Source of the DNA: an uncultured Armatimonadetes bacterium
GTDB lineage: Bacteria > Armatimonadota > Hebobacteria > Hebobacterales > Hebobacteraceae
Direction: 5' to 3'
Length of the DNA: 64,000 bases
NCBI GenBank assembly: GCA_963716175.1
Contig: OY970296.1
Span: forward strand, 3,424,001 to 3,488,000
The first letter of the stretch is position 1, and each line of letters begins with the position of its first letter. Below the pieces are notes generated by a model that saw nothing but the letters and a program-made list of their open reading frames with translations, was not told where the DNA came from and ran no database searches. Both the position numbers and the translations under genes were made by a program. Below, piece by piece: positions 51,151 through 61,047 of this stretch.

Positions 51151-51887
51151 ATGAGTCCATCGTCTGCCAGACACTTCTCGCGCGCGGCCCTGATGGTCGC
51201 GCTCAGCGGGCTATTTACGTCGGCCTACGCCGGCGCGCCGGATTTCGGGCGGGAACGGGCGGCTCTGGTGCGCCGGCTGCAGAGGCCACACGCCGGCAAT
51301 CCGCGGATCACCAATCAGCGCGTGCTGAGCGCGATCAGCAGGGTGCCCCGGCACCTGTTCGTGGAGCCAGAGCTGCGGGGCGCGCGTATAACGATGAGGA
51401 CATCCCGGTGGGCTCGGGCCAGGTGATGTGCAGCCCCTATGCGGTGGCGCTGATGGCGCAGATGCTCGACCCACACCCAGGGGCGAGGCTGCTCGAGGTG
51501 GGGACAGGGCCGGGGTACTTGACCGCGGTGCTGGCGAGCATCACCCCCCAGGTCTACAGCATTGACCTGAGGCCGGAGCTGGCCAAGGCGGCGGAGGCGC
51601 GGCTGCGCGCCCTGCATTACTCCTCTGTTCGCACCCGGATCGGCAAGGGATGCCAGGGCTGGGCGGAAAACGGGCCCTTCGATGGCATCGTGGTCACCTG
51701 CGCCGCGCAAGAGGTGCCTGAAGCGTTGATCGCGCAGCTCCGGGAGGGAGGCCGCCTGGTGATCCCGATCGGTCACGGGCCGGAGCAGACGCTGAGCTGT
51801 CTGCGCAAGAGCGGCGGGAAGCTGCACGCCTCCGGGACCGTGATGAGGCTTCGGGTGAGCCCCATGCTGTGCCAGGGCGGGCGATGA
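51151..51887 (+). CDS. pcm: Protein-L-isoaspartate O-methyltransferase, frameshifted near 51375-51390, with signal-like N-terminus
   Basis: VPRHLFV in first frame; LEVGTGPGY, GPFDGIVVT, GGRLVIPIG in second frame. Confidence 0.8.
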
Positions 51888-51912
51888 GGGTGCCGGGGGG
51901 CGGCTGCCGCCA

Positions 51913-52791
51913 ATGAACCAGGTTGATCTGTTCGTGTTCGCGGTGGTGGCTGCGTTCTCCCTCTCCGGATACCGTCGTGGGCTGATCTCCTCGGCCGGTG
52001 ACATCATCGCCATCGGGCTGGCGCTGGCCGTGGGATCGGTCGCCTATCCGCCGGCGGCGACAGCCCTGGGCCGGCTCTTCGGTCTGCCCGCGAATGTCTC
52101 AGGGCCCCTGGGGTATCTGGCGGTGGCGGTGGCGGTCGCGCTGGCGACGAGCTGGGGGTGTTCGGCGCTGGCCGCGCGCTTCGAGCCGCCCCGGCGCGTG
52201 AGCCGTGCCGGCGGGGCGGCCTTCGGGGCCGTGCTGGGAATGGTCCTGGCCGGGGTGCTGGTGATGGCCTCCGGCATGGTCCCAAGCCTCGCGGCGCCGG
52301 TGGAGCGATCGGCGCTGGGTCGCAGCCTGGTGCAAGTGGTGCCGCGGCTGCACGAGGGGATGGAATCCATCGGCCTGCCTCTTCCCAAGCTGGTTCAGTT
52401 GCCTACCGACTACCGGGAAGAGGTGCAGGGGATGCGTCAGGGCCTCCAGTTCATGCGGATCAACTTCACGCGTCTGGACGGCGCCACCTGCATCCACTGC
52501 CGTACGCCGGTGGTTTTCGAGGGCTATCGCTTCTCCCGCGGCACGCTGATGTCTCCCAAGTTCCGCTGTCCCAAGTGCGGCCGCACGAGTGATGGCTGCC
52601 AGACCTTTGAGGGGTTCCACGCCATCTACGGCAAGTGCCCGGTGGAGCTGGCCGAGCAGGGGGTCGAGTTCGACTGCGGGGTCTGGACTAACGGGTGGCT
52701 GACCGTGCCCCATGGCCGGTGCCCGGTCTGCGGCCGGGAGCTCAAAGGCGCGGAGGCGGCCCAGACCCACCCTACCGCCGGCTTGCGATGA
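51913..52791 (+). CDS. CvpA-family membrane protein with Cys-rich C-terminal domain
   Basis: GYRRGLI and four TMs; tail with CIHC, CPKC, CPVC and three more Cys. Confidence 0.7.
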   Translation: MNQVDLFVFAVVAAFSLSGYRRGLISSAGDIIAIGLALAVGSVAYPPAATALGRLFGLPANVSGPLGYLAVAVAVALATSWGCSALAARFEPPRRVSRAGGAAFGAVLGMVLAGVLVMASGMVPSLAAPVERSALGRSLVQVVPRLHEGMESIGLPLPKLVQLPTDYREEVQGMRQGLQFMRINFTRLDGATCIHCRTPVVFEGYRFSRGTLMSPKFRCPKCGRTSDGCQTFEGFHAIYGKCPVELAEQGVEFDCGVWTNGWLTVPHGRCPVCGRELKGAEAAQTHPTAGLR

Positions 52792-53245
52792 GCTGTCGCC
52801 AGTCGAAGATCCCGGTGGCGGTGCACCACTCTGGAAAGGTAGCGCGCTTCTCCCTGGCATAGGCCTGGATCAGCTCCAGTCCACCCCGGAGCTGCTCCAA
52901 GGAACGACCAATAGGGCAAGGCAGCCATTCCACCCGGCCGAAGAGCCGGCAGATGAGGGGCCGCACCGGGTAGATGAGGCATCCGCGGCGGGAAACATCA
53001 TGGAAGAGACAGGCCTCGGCCTGGATCTCCTCGAACCAGAAGATAGTCTTCTCCTGCTCCAGTATCCGAACCACCTGGTCTCGATTGGCCTTCCCCAGGT
53101 AGGCGACGATGCTCTCGAACTCGCGCTGGCACATTTGAACCCCTGCGGTGCACCGCAGCCCGCACTCGTGGCAGCCATCGCAAGGGTTCGTGCCCTCGCC
53201 GGGGTGCGCCCGTGGTCCCGGATCGGTCCAGTCGGCCATGATCAT
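52772..53245 (-). CDS. YkgJ-family cysteine cluster protein
   Basis: CDGCHECGLRC, CLF...CLIYPVRPLICRLF. Confidence 0.8.
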   Translation of the reverse strand: MIMADWTDPGPRAHPGEGTNPCDGCHECGLRCTAGVQMCQREFESIVAYLGKANRDQVVRILEQEKTIFWFEEIQAEACLFHDVSRRGCLIYPVRPLICRLFGRVEWLPCPIGRSLEQLRGGLELIQAYAREKRATFPEWCTATGIFDWRQLIASRR

Positions 53246-53369
53246 CGCCACTCCAATATATACCCCCTTGGGGGAGGGAGCAAGGGGAGTGGGATGAAGG
53301 TGGGATGCCTGGCGCATTCGAGGGGGGAAAGAGGACCCTCCCCCCTCGAATCTTCCCCCACCCCTCTAA

Positions 53370-53469
53370 TGATGTTCGCACAACGAAGTAATGTGCGAAC
53401 ATCGCTCTGGGCCCGTCTGAGCAGTTGCCTGAGCTTCGCCCCCTTGTTTCTTTGGGCGAAGCTCAGTAG
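53370..53469 (+). repeat. ~100-bp two-hairpin dispersed repeat, copy 4
   Basis: Aligns with 49741-49840. Confidence 0.85.
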
Positions 53470-53534
53470 ACGGATGGGAGCTCAGACGCGAGGGCCCTGT
53501 TGGCTCTTGTCGCGGAGGGAGGGCTTATGCTAGA

Positions 53535-53801
53535 ATGGCCGCGGTTGGAGACCGGCGAATGCTAATAGTGCTGGTAGTGCTGCAGGTGATCTGTGCCGTC
53601 GGGCTGATCGCGCTCACCGCCGTGACTACTACCAAGAGCGAGCAGGGGGGCTCCGGGCTGGGCGGCTGGGGCACCATCGGGGGCAAGAGCTCGTCCACCA
53701 TCGCGGGCCTGGAGGATCAGCTAGGCCGTCTGACCATGTATGTGGCCATCGCCTTTCTCATCGTCTCTACGCTGGTGGGGATGGTGGCGATGCGGTCCTA
53801 G
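53535..53801 (+). CDS. secG: Preprotein translocase subunit SecG (start may be 53559)
   Basis: Two TMs with Gly-rich linker, followed by tRNA-Leu(GAG), the conserved synteny. Confidence 0.8.
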   Translation: MAAVGDRRMLIVLVVLQVICAVGLIALTAVTTTKSEQGGSGLGGWGTIGGKSSSTIAGLEDQLGRLTMYVAIAFLIVSTLVGMVAMRS

Positions 53802-53832
53802 CTTCGCTCCGGGTTGACCGCTAAGGTCGTGT

Positions 53833-53919
53833 GCCCAGGTGGCGGAATTGGTAGACGCGCTGGCTTGAGGGGCCAGTGGCCGCAAGGCCATGCTGGTTCA
53901 AATCCAGTCCTGGGCACCA
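53833..53919 (+). tRNA. tRNA-Leu(GAG)
   Basis: GCCCAGG/CCTGGGC acceptor, CTGGC-TTGAGGG-GCCAG anticodon arm, long variable arm, TTCAAAT, encoded CCA. Confidence 0.97.
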
Positions 53920-54035
53920 CAGAGTGCGCGGCGGTAGGCTTGGTGCATTCGAAGGGGAAGGCAATCCTTCCCCTTCGATGTCTCACCTGACCCCCCTGCA
54001 ATGTGTCGGGCAGGCCAGGACACATGGTGGGTGGT

Positions 54036-54064
54036 TTGACACCGACAGGCCATTTTGCTAACAT
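54036..54064 (+). promoter_or_regulatory. sigma70 promoter of rplU operon
   Basis: TTGACA-17-TAACAT with extended -10 TG. Confidence 0.6.
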
Positions 54065-54087
54065 AGAGACCCCGGAGAATCATTGCC

Positions 54088-54420
54088 ATGTATGCTGTCG
54101 TGGAGACTGGCGGGAAGCAGTATCGGGTGGCGCCGGATGAGTTGGTGGCGGTGGAGAAGCTCCCTGCGGAGGCCGGGGAGGTGATCGAGCTCGACCGGGT
54201 GGCCCTGCTGGAGGTGGACGGGCGAGTGCAGGTGGGAACGCCGTGGGTGGAGGGAGCGAAGGTGACCTGCCGCGTGGTCTCTCACGGCCGGGGCCGCAAG
54301 GTGGACGTGTTCACCTACAAGGCGAAGAAGAACTACAAGCGGAAGCTGGGCCATCGCCAGCCCTACACCCAGCTCATGGTAGAGAAGATCTCGGTAGGCG
54401 CGGTGGAGAAGGAGGCTTGA
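54088..54420 (+). CDS. rplU: 50S ribosomal protein L21
   Basis: [21 protein letters not shown]. Confidence 0.97.
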   Translation: MYAVVETGGKQYRVAPDELVAVEKLPAEAGEVIELDRVALLEVDGRVQVGTPWVEGAKVTCRVVSHGRGRKVDVFTYKAKKNYKRKLGHRQPYTQLMVEKISVGAVEKEA

Positions 54421-54421
54421 G

Positions 54422-54679
54422 ATGGCACATAAGAAGGGAGTTGGCAGCTCACGCAACGGTCGGGACAGCCAGCCTAAGCGATTGGGCGTGAAGGTTTTCG
54501 CAGGCAGCCTGGTGCCGGCGGGCAGCATCATCGTGCGCCAGCGGGGGACGCCCATTCGGCCCGGCCGGAATGTGGGCCTGGGCCGCGACGACACCTTGTT
54601 CGCCAAGGTGGAGGGGGTGGTGGAGTTCGGCGGCAGCGCCGGCCGACGCCAAGTTCACGTGATCCCGGTCGCGCCCTAG
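54422..54679 (+). CDS. rpmA: 50S ribosomal protein L27
   Basis: [24 protein letters not shown]. Confidence 0.97.
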   Translation: MAHKKGVGSSRNGRDSQPKRLGVKVFAGSLVPAGSIIVRQRGTPIRPGRNVGLGRDDTLFAKVEGVVEFGGSAGRRQVHVIPVAP

Positions 54680-54689
54680 GAGCCCCGGC

Positions 54690-55984
54690 GTGACGGCCTC
54701 TGCGGGCCGCGCGGTCTTTGTTGACGAAGCCGAGATTGAGGTGAAGGCTGGCGGCGGCGGTGACGGCATCGTCAGCCTTCGGCACGAGAAGCACGTTCCC
54801 AAGGGTGGGCCGGATGGCGGCGATGGCGGCCGGGGTGGAGATGTGGTGGCGGCCGCTGACCCGCACCTGCGCACTCTCGTCGATCTTGCCCATCGGCGCC
54901 ACTACCGCGCGGAGGATGGCGGCCGGGGGGGCCCAACCGCCGTCGCGGCAAGAACGGCGCCAACCTCGAGATCCACCTGCCTGTTGGCACGGTCATCCGC
55001 CGGGTATCGGACGGCGTGGCCGTCGCCGATCTTGTCCGGCCAGGCGAGCACGTGGTATTAGCTCGCGGCGGGCGCGGCGGGCGGGGCAACGCGCACTTCG
55101 CCAGCGCCATCCGGCCCACTCCGCGGTTCGCGGAGAAGGCCGAGCCCGGCCAGGAACTGCGGCTCTTTCTCGAGCTGAAGCTGCTGGCTGATGTGGGCGT
55201 CATCGGGCTGCCGAATGTCGGCAAGTCCAGCCTGATCGCGCGGGTCTCGGCGGCCCGGCCCAAGATCGCGGACTATCCCTTCACCACCCTGGTGCCGAAC
55301 CTGGGGGTGGTCAAGCTGGAGGAGGGGTCGAGTTTCGTGATCGCAGACTTGCCCGGCCTGGTGGAGGGGGCGCACTCGGGGGCCGGGAGAGGGCACGATT
55401 TCCTGCGCCATGTGGAGCGCACCAGAGTGCTGATCCACATGCTCGACGTGACTGCGCCGGACCGCGATCCGCGCCACGATTTCGAGGTGGTCAACACCGA
55501 GCTGGCGCTGTACGATACGGAGCTGGCAGGGCGGCCGCAGCTGGTCGCGCTCAACAAGATGGACTTGCGGCCGGACCCGGAGAAGCTGGCGGAGCTGGAG
55601 TCTTCGCTGCAGGCGGAGGGCTACTTCGTGTTCCGCATCTCCGCCCTCACCGGGGAGGGGTTGAGACCACTGATGGGGGCCGCCTCCCGGCTGCTGCCCG
55701 AGATGTCGGCACCGGCCCCGGCCGAGCCCGCGGTCGCGGCCCGGGCTGCGCCGACCAGGCCCGAGCGGCCAAGAGTGAACCAGGTGAGTCCGGGGCGCTT
55801 CGAGGTGCTGGGCGAGGCGGTCGAGCGCGCCGTCATTATGACCGACCTCGACAATCAGGAGGCGGTGCGCCACCTGCACCGGCGCCTTTCCGCCATGGGA
55901 GTGATCCGCCGCCTGCGGGAGCTGGGGGCGAAACAGGGCGACCGGGTGCGGATCGGAACGGTGGAGCTGAACTTCGAGGAGTGA
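54690..55984 (+). CDS. obgE: GTPase ObgE, frameshifted in G run 54925-54931
   Basis: [39 protein letters not shown]-terminal OCT domain. Confidence 0.93.
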
Positions 55985-55993
55985 GGAGGCAGG

Positions 55994-57256
55994 ATGGCCA
56001 CCGGAGTCATTGCCGAGGTGGTGGAGAAGGCAAAGCGGGCCCGCCAGGCGGCGGCGCGGCTGGCCGCGTTCTCTCGCGCCCAGAAGGATGCGGTGCTGCT
56101 GGCCATGGCCGATGTGCTCGAGCGCAACGCGGCTGCTATCCTGGAGGCGAACGCACGGGATGTGACGCAGGCTCAGGAGCGGGGGATGTCGGCGGCCCCG
56201 ATTGACCGGCTGATTCTGAATGAGAAGCGGATCGGGGAAATGGCCGAGGGGCTGCGCACGGCGGCCCGCCTCACTGACCCGGTCGGGGAGATTATCGGCG
56301 GCTGGCGCCTGGCCAACGGGCTGGAGATCACGAAGGTGCGCGTGCCTCTGGGCGTGGTCGGGATTATCTACGAATCGCGCCCCAATGTCACCGTGGATGC
56401 GGCCGGACTCTGCCTGAAGTCGGGCAATGCGGTGGTGCTCCGCGGGGGCTCGGATGCCATTCACTCCAATGTCGCCCTGGCCAACTTGCTGAACGAAGCG
56501 GGCCTCCCTGCAGGGCTGCCGGAGGGTGCGCTCTCGATCATCGAGAGCACCGACCGGGAGGCGGTGGGACAGCTCATGCGGCTGGACCGGTATCTGGATG
56601 TGCTGATCCCGCGGGGCGGAGGCGACCTGATCCGCCGGGTGAAGCAGGAGTCCACCATCCCCGTGATCGAGACCGGGGAGGGGGTCTGTCACGTCTACCT
56701 CGACGCCTCGGCCGACGTGGCCCAGGCCGAGGCCATCGTGGTCAATGCCAAGTGCCAGCGCCCCGGGGTCTGCAACGCGGCGGAGACGCTGCTGGTACAC
56801 CAGCGGGTGGCCGCCGATCTGCTGCCCAGGATCGGCCACCGGCTCACCGAGCTGGGGGTTGAGCTGCGAGCCTGCGAGCGCTCTCTTCCCTATCTGGAGG
56901 GCGCGAAGGCGGCGGAGGAGGAGGACTGGTCAACCGAGTACCTGGCCCTGATCCTGGCGGTCAAAGTTGTGGACAGCCTGCAGGAGGCGATCGCACACAT
57001 CAACTACTATGGCACCCATCATTCCGACGCCATCGTCACCCGCGATCTGGAGAGCGCGCGCCGCTTCGGCCAGGAGGTGGACTCGGCCGTAGTCTATGTG
57101 AACGCCTCCACCCGGTTCACGGATGGCGGCGAGTTCGGCTTTGGCGCCGAGATCGGGATCAGCAACCAGAAGCTGCACGCCCGCGGCCCCATGGGGCTGG
57201 CGGAGCTCACCAGCTACAAGTACGTGGTCTATGGCGAGGGGCAGGTGAGGGCATAG
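55994..57256 (+). CDS. proA: Gamma-glutamyl phosphate reductase
   Basis: IYESRPNVT, GVCNAAETLL, NASTRFTDG, KLHARGPMG. Confidence 0.96.
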   Translation: MATGVIAEVVEKAKRARQAAARLAAFSRAQKDAVLLAMADVLERNAAAILEANARDVTQAQERGMSAAPIDRLILNEKRIGEMAEGLRTAARLTDPVGEIIGGWRLANGLEITKVRVPLGVVGIIYESRPNVTVDAAGLCLKSGNAVVLRGGSDAIHSNVALANLLNEAGLPAGLPEGALSIIESTDREAVGQLMRLDRYLDVLIPRGGGDLIRRVKQESTIPVIETGEGVCHVYLDASADVAQAEAIVVNAKCQRPGVCNAAETLLVHQRVAADLLPRIGHRLTELGVELRACERSLPYLEGAKAAEEEDWSTEYLALILAVKVVDSLQEAIAHINYYGTHHSDAIVTRDLESARRFGQEVDSAVVYVNASTRFTDGGEFGFGAEIGISNQKLHARGPMGLAELTSYKYVVYGEGQVRA

Positions 57257-57284
57257 CAGCAGCTCGTCGAGCCCGGATGAGGCG

Positions 57285-57920
57285 ATGACAGAAGCTGTCG
57301 GGATCATGGGAGGAACCTTCGACCCCGTCCACTTCGGCCACCTGGTGGCCGCGGAGGAGGCGCGGGTGCGATTCTCTCTGGGCCGGATCGTCTTCGTGCC
57401 CAATGCCGACCCGCCGCACAAGAAGGCGTACCCGGTGACCCCGGCCGAGCGCAGACACGAGATGGTGGTGCTCGCCACCGCCTCCAACTGCCACTTCGAG
57501 GCCTCTCGCATCGAGCTCGATCGCTCCGGCCCCTCCTACAGCGCTGACACCATGCGCTCTTTCCGGGAGCAACTGGGCAGCCAGACCAAGCTCTATTTCA
57601 TCACCGGGGTGGACGCGATTCTGGAGATATTGAACTGGCACCAGCCCGAGCAACTGGCACAGCTCTGCGAGTTCATCGCGGTCACCCGCCCGGGGTATCA
57701 ACCCCAGCGCCTGGAGGCGGTGTTGAGCAGGCAGTTCCTGGCCCGCACTCACCTGCTCCACATCCCGGGCCTGGCCATCTCCTCCACGGAGCTGCGTCAG
57801 CGGGCCGGGGCGGGGGAATCGCTGCGCTATCTGACTCCGCTGCCGGTGGTGCGCTACATCGCGGCTCATCAGCTCTATCAGCGGCAGGGCGCAGCCGAGC
57901 GAGCCGCGTGCGGCGGGTGA
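57285..57920 (+). CDS. nadD: Nicotinate-nucleotide adenylyltransferase
   Basis: GGTFDPVHFGH, PPHK, ISSTELR. Confidence 0.95.
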   Translation: MTEAVGIMGGTFDPVHFGHLVAAEEARVRFSLGRIVFVPNADPPHKKAYPVTPAERRHEMVVLATASNCHFEASRIELDRSGPSYSADTMRSFREQLGSQTKLYFITGVDAILEILNWHQPEQLAQLCEFIAVTRPGYQPQRLEAVLSRQFLARTHLLHIPGLAISSTELRQRAGAGESLRYLTPLPVVRYIAAHQLYQRQGAAERAACGG

Positions 57921-57935
57921 GCCGAGGGAGAGACC

Positions 57936-59141
57936 GTGTCCGTTATCGCCCGAAGAAGAAGCGCGGGGAGCGGCCATGCCATCGTCTTCAAGTGGTGGTG
58001 GCTGATCTGGGCGGCTGCCGGGGCCTGCACCTTCCTCTGCGGGGCCGCCCTGGGCGTTGTCTCGTCCGGGGGGGCCGGGGGCGGGGGTGGGTGGTTCAGC
58101 CAGCTCTTGAGTCCACCCTTTGGGGGCCGCGACCGAGTCACCATCCTCATGGTGGGCGCAGACAGCTCTACCGGGCTGGGGCTTGCCGACACCATCATCG
58201 TGGTCGTGGTCAGCCCGCGTACGGGTGAGATCTCTGCGCTCTCCATTCCCCGAGACTGCCGGGTCGAGGTGCCGGGGGTGGGGGTGCGCCGGGTGAACGC
58301 CTCCCACTCGCTGGGCGGCATGCCACTCACCATCCAGACGGTGGAGCTGCTGCTGGGCCTTCCCATTGACCATTACATCGAGGTGAACGTACCAGGCATC
58401 GTGCACCTGGTGGACGCCATTGGCGGCGTGGACATAGACGTGGAGAAACGGATGTACTACCGCGACCGCTCGCAGGATCTGCTCATTGACCTTCAGCCCG
58501 GCCTGCAGCACCTGACTGGTATGCAGGCCATGGGCTATGTCCGCTTCCGCCACGACGCCACCGGAGATATTGGCCGGATGGAGCGCCAGCAGCATTTCCT
58601 GCGGGCCGTGATCCGCCAGCTGATGGCTCCCAGCAACGTGGCGCGCCTGCCCAAGCTGGCGCAGGCTTTCGTCGAGATGGTCAACACGGATCTGAGCGTG
58701 CGCGATCTGCTGTCCTTCAAGAAGCTGGTAGAGCAGAACGGGCCGGAGGCGATCCGCGCTGAAGCCCTGCCGGGCGAGCCCAAGATGATCCACGGGCAGA
58801 GCATGATCGAGCTCGACCCGGTGCAGGTGAAGCAGGCCGTGGACCGGGTGCTGCGAGGTCAGGGGTTGGCGGTGCAGGTGCTGAATGGCACCAGTGTCAG
58901 CGGCCTTGGGGCGAAGGTGGCGTCCGTGCTGGAGGAGGCCGGGTGTGAGATCACGGAGGTGGGGAATGCGGCCGAGCAGAGCGAGACCACGGTGATCGTA
59001 GATCATCGGGGGCGGGCTCGCCGGGCGGAGCGGGTGGCGGATTGGCTGGGTAAAGGGGTGATCTCGGTGCAGCCGGATGGGCAGAATCCGGCGGATGTCA
59101 CCGTGATCGTCGGGCGCGACCTGGTGGGCCGAGAGCGATGA
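57936..59141 (+). CDS. LCP family protein with LytR C-terminal domain
   Basis: DTI, LSIPRD, VRFRHD..DIGRMERQ, VQVLNGT. Confidence 0.9.
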   Translation: MSVIARRRSAGSGHAIVFKWWWLIWAAAGACTFLCGAALGVVSSGGAGGGGGWFSQLLSPPFGGRDRVTILMVGADSSTGLGLADTIIVVVVSPRTGEISALSIPRDCRVEVPGVGVRRVNASHSLGGMPLTIQTVELLLGLPIDHYIEVNVPGIVHLVDAIGGVDIDVEKRMYYRDRSQDLLIDLQPGLQHLTGMQAMGYVRFRHDATGDIGRMERQQHFLRAVIRQLMAPSNVARLPKLAQAFVEMVNTDLSVRDLLSFKKLVEQNGPEAIRAEALPGEPKMIHGQSMIELDPVQVKQAVDRVLRGQGLAVQVLNGTSVSGLGAKVASVLEEAGCEITEVGNAAEQSETTVIVDHRGRARRAERVADWLGKGVISVQPDGQNPADVTVIVGRDLVGRER

Positions 59142-59536
59142 GGTCGCGCGCGCGCCGAGTGGTTCCCGAGGCCAAGCCGCTGGCGACTGAGGAGAAGCTG
59201 GCCGTGGCCGAGAGCGCGCTGGTGGACCATCGCGCGGTGGACCCGGTGCGGCTCGACATGAGAGCGGTGACCTTGATCACCGATTACTTCGTGATCTGCC
59301 ACGGCACCTCGAGCGTGCATATCCGGGGGTTAGCCGACGCGGTGGTGGAGGCCCTGGAGCAGTTGGGCCTGCGTGCCAGCGGGGTGGAGGGACATCGGGA
59401 GGCGCGGTGGATTCTGCTCGACTACGGCGATGTGGTGATCCACATCTTTGCGGAGGAGGAGCGCAGCTTCTACGACCTGGAGCGGCTCTGGAGTGATGCT
59501 CCTCAGGTCGCCATTGCCGCGCCGGAGCAGCAATGA
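59138..59536 (+). CDS. rsfS: Ribosome silencing factor
   Basis: DYFVIC, WILLDYGDVVIHIF..R.FYDLERLW. Confidence 0.95.
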   Translation: MRSRARRVVPEAKPLATEEKLAVAESALVDHRAVDPVRLDMRAVTLITDYFVICHGTSSVHIRGLADAVVEALEQLGLRASGVEGHREARWILLDYGDVVIHIFAEEERSFYDLERLWSDAPQVAIAAPEQQ

Positions 59537-60234
59537 CCACACCCGAGCAGCCATCGCATATGGAGATCCAGAGCAAGCTGCGCGAGCTGTTGGGGCGCGC
59601 TACCCTGGCCCGCACGCGGCGGCAATGGGAGCAAGCGCTCAAGCTGGTGCAGGAGGCGATCGCGCTCGATGAGAGCAGCGCCGAGGCGCATGAGCTGCAG
59701 GGCGATCTGCTGCTGGAGCTGAAGCGAGGCGCGGAAGCCATGGGGAGCTTCCGCCGCGCCCGGGAGCTGCGGCCCAGCCGCGCCCTGCTGGAGGAAAAGA
59801 TCGCCCGCGCCGCGCTGCAGCAGGCGGCCCGGCAGCAGCGCATCGAGCTCTCTCAGGCCATCCTGGAAGGACGGGTCAAGCCCGCGTCAAAACGCAGCCC
59901 GGGCTACGCGGCGGTGCTGTCACTCATGTTGCCCGGCCTGGGCCAGTTCTACAATGGTGAGGTGGTGAAAGGGCTGGTCATGCTCACGGCCTACGTATTC
60001 CTGCTCGCCCTCGCCCTGCTGGCCGTGCTGCGCGGGATCGCCACCAGCCCCTCGGCGGCCGGGGGCGGCCTGTTCGGACAGGAGATAAACGTGGGCGCCA
60101 TCTTCTCGGGTCTCTCGTCCGGAGGCACCACGCTGGTCAGCGTTCTGCTGGTGGTGCTCTGGCTCTACGGGATTGGCGACGCGGCCTGGCGCGCCAGCAA
60201 GACTCTGACCTCGGATGAGACCGGCCTGGTGTGA
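59533..60234 (+). CDS. TPR-containing membrane protein
   Basis: N-terminal TPR-like helices; LSLMLPGLGQFYNG then TMs. Confidence 0.7.
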   Translation: MTTPEQPSHMEIQSKLRELLGRATLARTRRQWEQALKLVQEAIALDESSAEAHELQGDLLLELKRGAEAMGSFRRARELRPSRALLEEKIARAALQQAARQQRIELSQAILEGRVKPASKRSPGYAAVLSLMLPGLGQFYNGEVVKGLVMLTAYVFLLALALLAVLRGIATSPSAAGGGLFGQEINVGAIFSGLSSGGTTLVSVLLVVLWLYGIGDAAWRASKTLTSDETGLV

Positions 60235-60244
60235 GGTGGGAGAG

Positions 60245-60868
60245 ATGAGCGAGGCGATGGATGAGCTGCGGGAAGTGCCTCTGGGCAAAGCAGTCATTCT
60301 GCCGGAGCCGCGCGTGAGAGGGACGATGTCAGTGGAGGAAGCGATCCAGCGCCGACGCAGCACGCGCGGCTTCACCTCCGATCCGCTCGACCTGGCTGCT
60401 ATCTCTCAGCTCCTGTGGTCAGCCCAGGGTCTCACCTCGCCCGAGGGGCTGAGGGCTGCGCCCTCGGCCGGCGCACGCTATCCGCTGGAGGTGTATCTGG
60501 CGTGCGCGGCCGGGCTGTTTCGCTATCAGGGTCGCGATCACTCTCTGTTGAAGGTGCGGGGGGCCGATCTGCGCGGTCAGCTTGCGGAGGCCGCACTGGG
60601 CCAGAGCTTCGTGGCGGAGGCCCCGATCGCGCTGGTGTTCGTGGCCATCTACGAGCGCACTACCAGCCGTTATCGCGACCGAGGCATTCGCTACGTGCAT
60701 ATTGACGTGGGGCATGCCGCGGAGAACGTGCATTTGCAGGCCGAGGCCCTGGGCCTGGGGTCCTGTGCGGTGGGGGCGTTTGACGATGCCGCGGCGGCCC
60801 GGGTCCTGCACTTGCCAGACGACCAGAAGCCGCTCTACCTCATCCCGGTAGGCCGGCCGAGCGGTTGA
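60245..60868 (+). CDS. SagB/ThcOx-type nitroreductase family protein
   Basis: RRSTR, LSQLLW-like segment, APSAGARYPLE, GHAAENV. Confidence 0.88.
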   Translation: MSEAMDELREVPLGKAVILPEPRVRGTMSVEEAIQRRRSTRGFTSDPLDLAAISQLLWSAQGLTSPEGLRAAPSAGARYPLEVYLACAAGLFRYQGRDHSLLKVRGADLRGQLAEAALGQSFVAEAPIALVFVAIYERTTSRYRDRGIRYVHIDVGHAAENVHLQAEALGLGSCAVGAFDDAAAARVLHLPDDQKPLYLIPVGRPSG

Positions 60869-60956
60869 CCGGCCCTCCCTGCAAAGCTACAATTAGGGGC
60901 GGCGCCCCTGTGGCCAAGTGGATAAGGCGCAGGCCTCCGGAGCCTGAACCGCAGGT
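60861..60956 (+). repeat. 96-bp direct repeat copy 1 (promoter + tRNA-Arg 5' part)
   Basis: Matches 61317-61412 with one mismatch; contains TTGACC-17-TACAAT. Confidence 0.95.
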
Positions 60957-61034
60957 GGCTAGGCCCGAAGGGCCGCCATGGCGGTCCCCGCGAGCGGGGA
61001 CCTAGCCATTCGCATCCCGCCAGGGGGCCAGCCA
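60904..61034 (+). pseudogene. tRNA-Arg(CCG) copy interrupted in the T-arm, with divergent 3' end
   Basis: First 52 nt identical to intact tRNA; 53-nt insertion after GCAGG; then TTCGCATCCCGCCAGGGGGCCAGCCA vs TTCGAATCCTGCCAGGGGTACCA. Confidence 0.85.
60956..61008 (+). mobile_element. 53-nt double TA-bulged hairpin insertion (copy A)
   Basis: TGGC-TA-GGCCC-GAA-GGGCC-GCCA + TGGC-GGTCCCCGC-GA-GCGGGGACC-TA-GCCA. Confidence 0.8.
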
Positions 61035-61047
61035 CGTGGGGGGAAGC

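Noticed and set aside
52490-52740. Multiheme cytochrome in the CvpA tail
   Set aside because: CxxC motifs are not followed by His.
55058-59006. Long antisense ORFs (55058-56839, 57207-59006; also 21180-22805, 9637-10965)
   Set aside because: Shadow ORFs opposite well-supported genes, expected in high-GC DNA; no recognisable motifs.
60956-61008. Canonical group I or bulge-helix-bulge tRNA intron
   Set aside because: Far too short for group I, located in the T-arm, no BHB at the junctions, and the same architecture occurs at non-tRNA sites.
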